5,845 bases of DNA from an uncultured Gammaproteobacteria bacterium (GTDB lineage: Bacteria > Patescibacteriota > Microgenomatia > Daviesbacterales > UBA10151), in NCBI GenBank assembly GCA_964522265.1, contig CAZFVS010000069.1:1-5845 (forward strand), written 5' to 3'. Both the position numbers and the translations under genes were made by a program. This document shows, piece after piece, positions 4,736 to 5,845 of the stretch (position 1 is its first letter; the number at the start of each line of letters is the position of its first letter). The notes beneath the pieces were generated by a model. That model was not told where the DNA came from. It saw only the letters and a list, made by a program, of their open reading frames with translations, and searched no databases.

Positions 4736-5332
4736 ATGCTTAAGCCTTTTGCTCAGCGGGAGCATGAAAAAATGCAGGAAGTTTTAATGCATCCTGACTC
4801 TTCAGGTCCCGAGGTCCACTATTATATGATCCGGGGCGGGAGTGAAAAAGGCAATGTGACGGTTTGGGAGACCGGTACAGTCGGTGGGGAATATATAAAA
4901 ACCTATGGACATTACCATGTCGGTAAGCTTGATGAAACCTACACAGTTGTTGCCGGTGAGGGGATTGTCCTTTTACAAAAACGAAAAACAGATTTAAACG
5001 GACAACCTATCGATGACCAGCTGGAATTTTTTCATGCAGTACAAGTTAAAGTGGATGATAGTGTTTTTATTCCCAGTGAAGTAGGCCATCTGGTTGTAAA
5101 CACCGGAAAAGTTTGGCTTGTGACAATGGATGACAGCCCGGTTAATTTTGAGGAGGTAGACCCGGTCAGCTTGCCTGGGCATGCAGATTATGAGGCAGTT
5201 AAAAGGATGCATGGTTTTGGGTATTATATAGTGGAAGAAGCCGGAAAACCTAAAGTTGTGCCGAACCCTAACTATAAAGATCTTCCCGAACCTGTTTGGA
5301 TGGACGCTAAAGAGTATCGGGAGGAGGTGTGA
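4736..5332 (+). CDS. Cupin-type glucose-6-phosphate isomerase (cPGI, PF06560-like), 198 aa
   Basis: TYGHYHVGKLDETY aligns with the TKGHFHAKLDRAEVY metal-binding motif of Pyrococcus furiosus cupin PGI. IPSEVGHLVVNTG aligns with PPYWAHRTVNIG, and LPGHADYEAV...GFGYYIVEE.GKPKVVPNPNYK aligns with the C-terminal AGHDYGTI...GFSKIVIEENGEVKVVDNPRWK. The putative ligands H59, H61, E67 and H118 are all present (codons 4910-4912, 4916-4918, 4934-4936, 5087-5089). Confidence 0.85.
   Translation: MLKPFAQREHEKMQEVLMHPDSSGPEVHYYMIRGGSEKGNVTVWETGTVGGEYIKTYGHYHVGKLDETYTVVAGEGIVLLQKRKTDLNGQPIDDQLEFFHAVQVKVDDSVFIPSEVGHLVVNTGKVWLVTMDDSPVNFEEVDPVSLPGHADYEAVKRMHGFGYYIVEEAGKPKVVPNPNYKDLPEPVWMDAKEYREEV
5319..5327 (+). 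promoter_or_regulatory. Shine-Dalgarno GGGAGGAGG inside the 3' end of the cPGI gene, serving GTG 5329
   Basis: Read directly. The GTG start (5329-5331) overlaps the cPGI TGA stop (5330-5332) as GTGA. Confidence 0.65.
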
Positions 5333-5583
5333 ATCTGAAGATACAAATTTATACAACCACTACCTGTCCCTATTGTAAGATGGAAAAAGAATACCTTGAT
5401 TCAAAAGGACAAAAGTATGAAAATATTTTTGTTGACCAGAACCCTAAAGCGGCAGAGGAGATGATTAACATCTCAGGACAGATGGGTGTGCCTTTTACTG
5501 TTATCACCGGTGACAGCGGGAAACGGACAACTATTTTGGGGTTTGACAAAGAAAAAATAAACCTTGCTTTGGGTATATCATAA
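5329..5583 (+). CDS. Glutaredoxin-like small redox protein (NrdH/YruB-like), CPYC active site, 84 aa
   Basis: KIQIYTTTTCPYCKMEKEYL with CPYC at codons 5365-5376, then GVPFTVI and ILGFDKEKI, as expected for a thioredoxin-fold glutaredoxin-like protein. GTG start with a strong SD. No signal peptide. Confidence 0.88.
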   Translation: MNLKIQIYTTTTCPYCKMEKEYLDSKGQKYENIFVDQNPKAAEEMINISGQMGVPFTVITGDSGKRTTILGFDKEKINLALGIS

Positions 5584-5590
5584 TTAATTG

Positions 5591-5620
5591 TTGACTGTTA
5601 AGTGAAAATAGGTCTATATT
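5591..5620 (+). promoter_or_regulatory. sigma70-like promoter TTGACT (5591-5596), 18-nt spacer, TATATT (5615-5620); followed by SD AGGA (5630-5633) 7 nt before ATG 5641
   Basis: Read directly. Unlike the other three plus-strand promoters, this one leaves room for a short leader with an SD. Confidence 0.5.
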
Positions 5621-5640
5621 GGAATTAGTAGGATCCTGAT

Positions 5641-5845
5641 ATGCCCGCAGAAAAAAAACATCCCACAAACTTCGTAAAAATTTTTGTCGCAACCCTTTCT
5701 CTTATAGGTATCGGCATAATGAGTTATCTTACCTATATCCACTATACCAATACCAAGTCTTTCTGCGACCTTTCAGAAACTGTTTCCTGCGATGTTGTCA
5801 CAACCAGTATCTATTCTGAGATTTTCGGGATTCCCATATCAATAA
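5641..5845 (+). CDS. Vitamin K epoxide reductase (VKOR) family membrane protein, N-terminal 68 codons only (3' partial)
   Basis: My translation, since the track does not list it: MPAEKKHPTNFVKIFVATLSLIGIGIMSYLTYIHYTNTKSFCDLSETVSCDVVTTSIYSEIFGIPISI. It shows a first TM helix, then the VKOR loop cysteine pair C42-x7-C50 (codons 5764-5766 and 5788-5790), then S-x-YS-x-x-FGIP. The frame stays open to the window edge. The CXXC active site would lie beyond the window. Confidence 0.78.
   Translation, partial: MPAEKKHPTNFVKIFVATLSLIGIGIMSYLTYIHYTNTKSFCDLSETVSCDVVTTSIYSEIFGIPISI

Noticed and set aside
59-4738. Alternative reading of the window as archaeal (cPGI, leaderless starts), with TATA boxes about 27 nt upstream of the ATGs (for example TTTAATTT 70-77, TTTTTAAG 667-674)
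   Set aside because: The third promoter has no TATA-like element at the equivalent position. By contrast, all three have a TAnAnT hexamer at a fixed 6-nt distance. A consensus TTGACA/TTGACT -35 is present at two promoters. The ROK, VKOR and NrdH-like neighbours also fit bacteria better. This is not fully excluded without phylogenetic placement.
1167-5356. Other embedded or antisense ORFs in the track (1167-1373 +, 1623-1958 -, 2435-2686 +, 3392-3607 +, 3429-3659 +, 4994-5356 -)
   Set aside because: Each lies wholly or largely inside a longer ORF that has clear family motifs. 1623-1958 spans the HD/cupin junction. None has a promoter or SD, and none has a recognisable protein motif.
5651-5658. 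A8 homopolymer near the 5' end of the VKOR gene as a slippage or phase-variation tract
   Set aside because: It is short for a contingency locus and simply encodes Glu-Lys-Lys in an AT-rich genome. A single sequence gives no evidence of length variation.
1-5845. Scan for CRISPR repeats, IS or transposase ends, integrase or att-like repeats, tRNA/rRNA and riboswitch-sized leaders
   Set aside because: Nothing of the kind was found. Intergenic regions are all 72 nt or shorter (apart from the undefined first 94 nt) and are accounted for by promoters and SDs. The only tandem repeat is the in-frame 66-nt coding repeat.

Overview
Gene-dense, low-GC prokaryotic window with bacterial-type (sigma70-like) promoters. 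It holds eight complete CDS and one 3'-truncated CDS. I found no rRNA, tRNA, CRISPR array, transposase or obvious mobile element. Organisation: (1) 95-643 (+) encodes an unrecognised protein with no aromatic residues, rich in Gly/Val/Ala, built from tandem 22-residue repeats. (2) 698-1771 (+) is an HD-domain phosphohydrolase-like protein with an unrecognised C-terminal half, followed by a Shine-Dalgarno (SD)-led stand-alone cupin resembling type II phosphomannose isomerase (1803-2234). (3) On the minus strand, a GH13 alpha-glucosidase of the oligo-1,6-glucosidase subfamily (3023-4663) overlaps a ROK-like sugar kinase (2236-3039). (4) Divergent from these, a cupin-type phosphoglucose isomerase (4736-5332) is coupled by a GTGA overlap to a CPYC glutaredoxin-like protein (5329-5583). 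(5) A VKOR-family membrane protein starts at 5641 and runs off the window. Most of the window is therefore an ordinary cytoplasmic alpha-glucoside -> glucose -> G6P -> F6P (-> M6P) module. The points worth a second look are the repeat protein, a recurring promoter-to-ATG geometry that predicts leaderless mRNAs for the first gene of each operon, a cupin-type PGI (best known from Euryarchaeota) in a bacterial-looking context, and a ROK kinase lacking the zinc motif. I see no clear defence or mobile system. All functional calls rest on motifs recognised by eye, with no database search. Taxonomic origin is only a guess (possibly an uncultivated small-genome bacterium).
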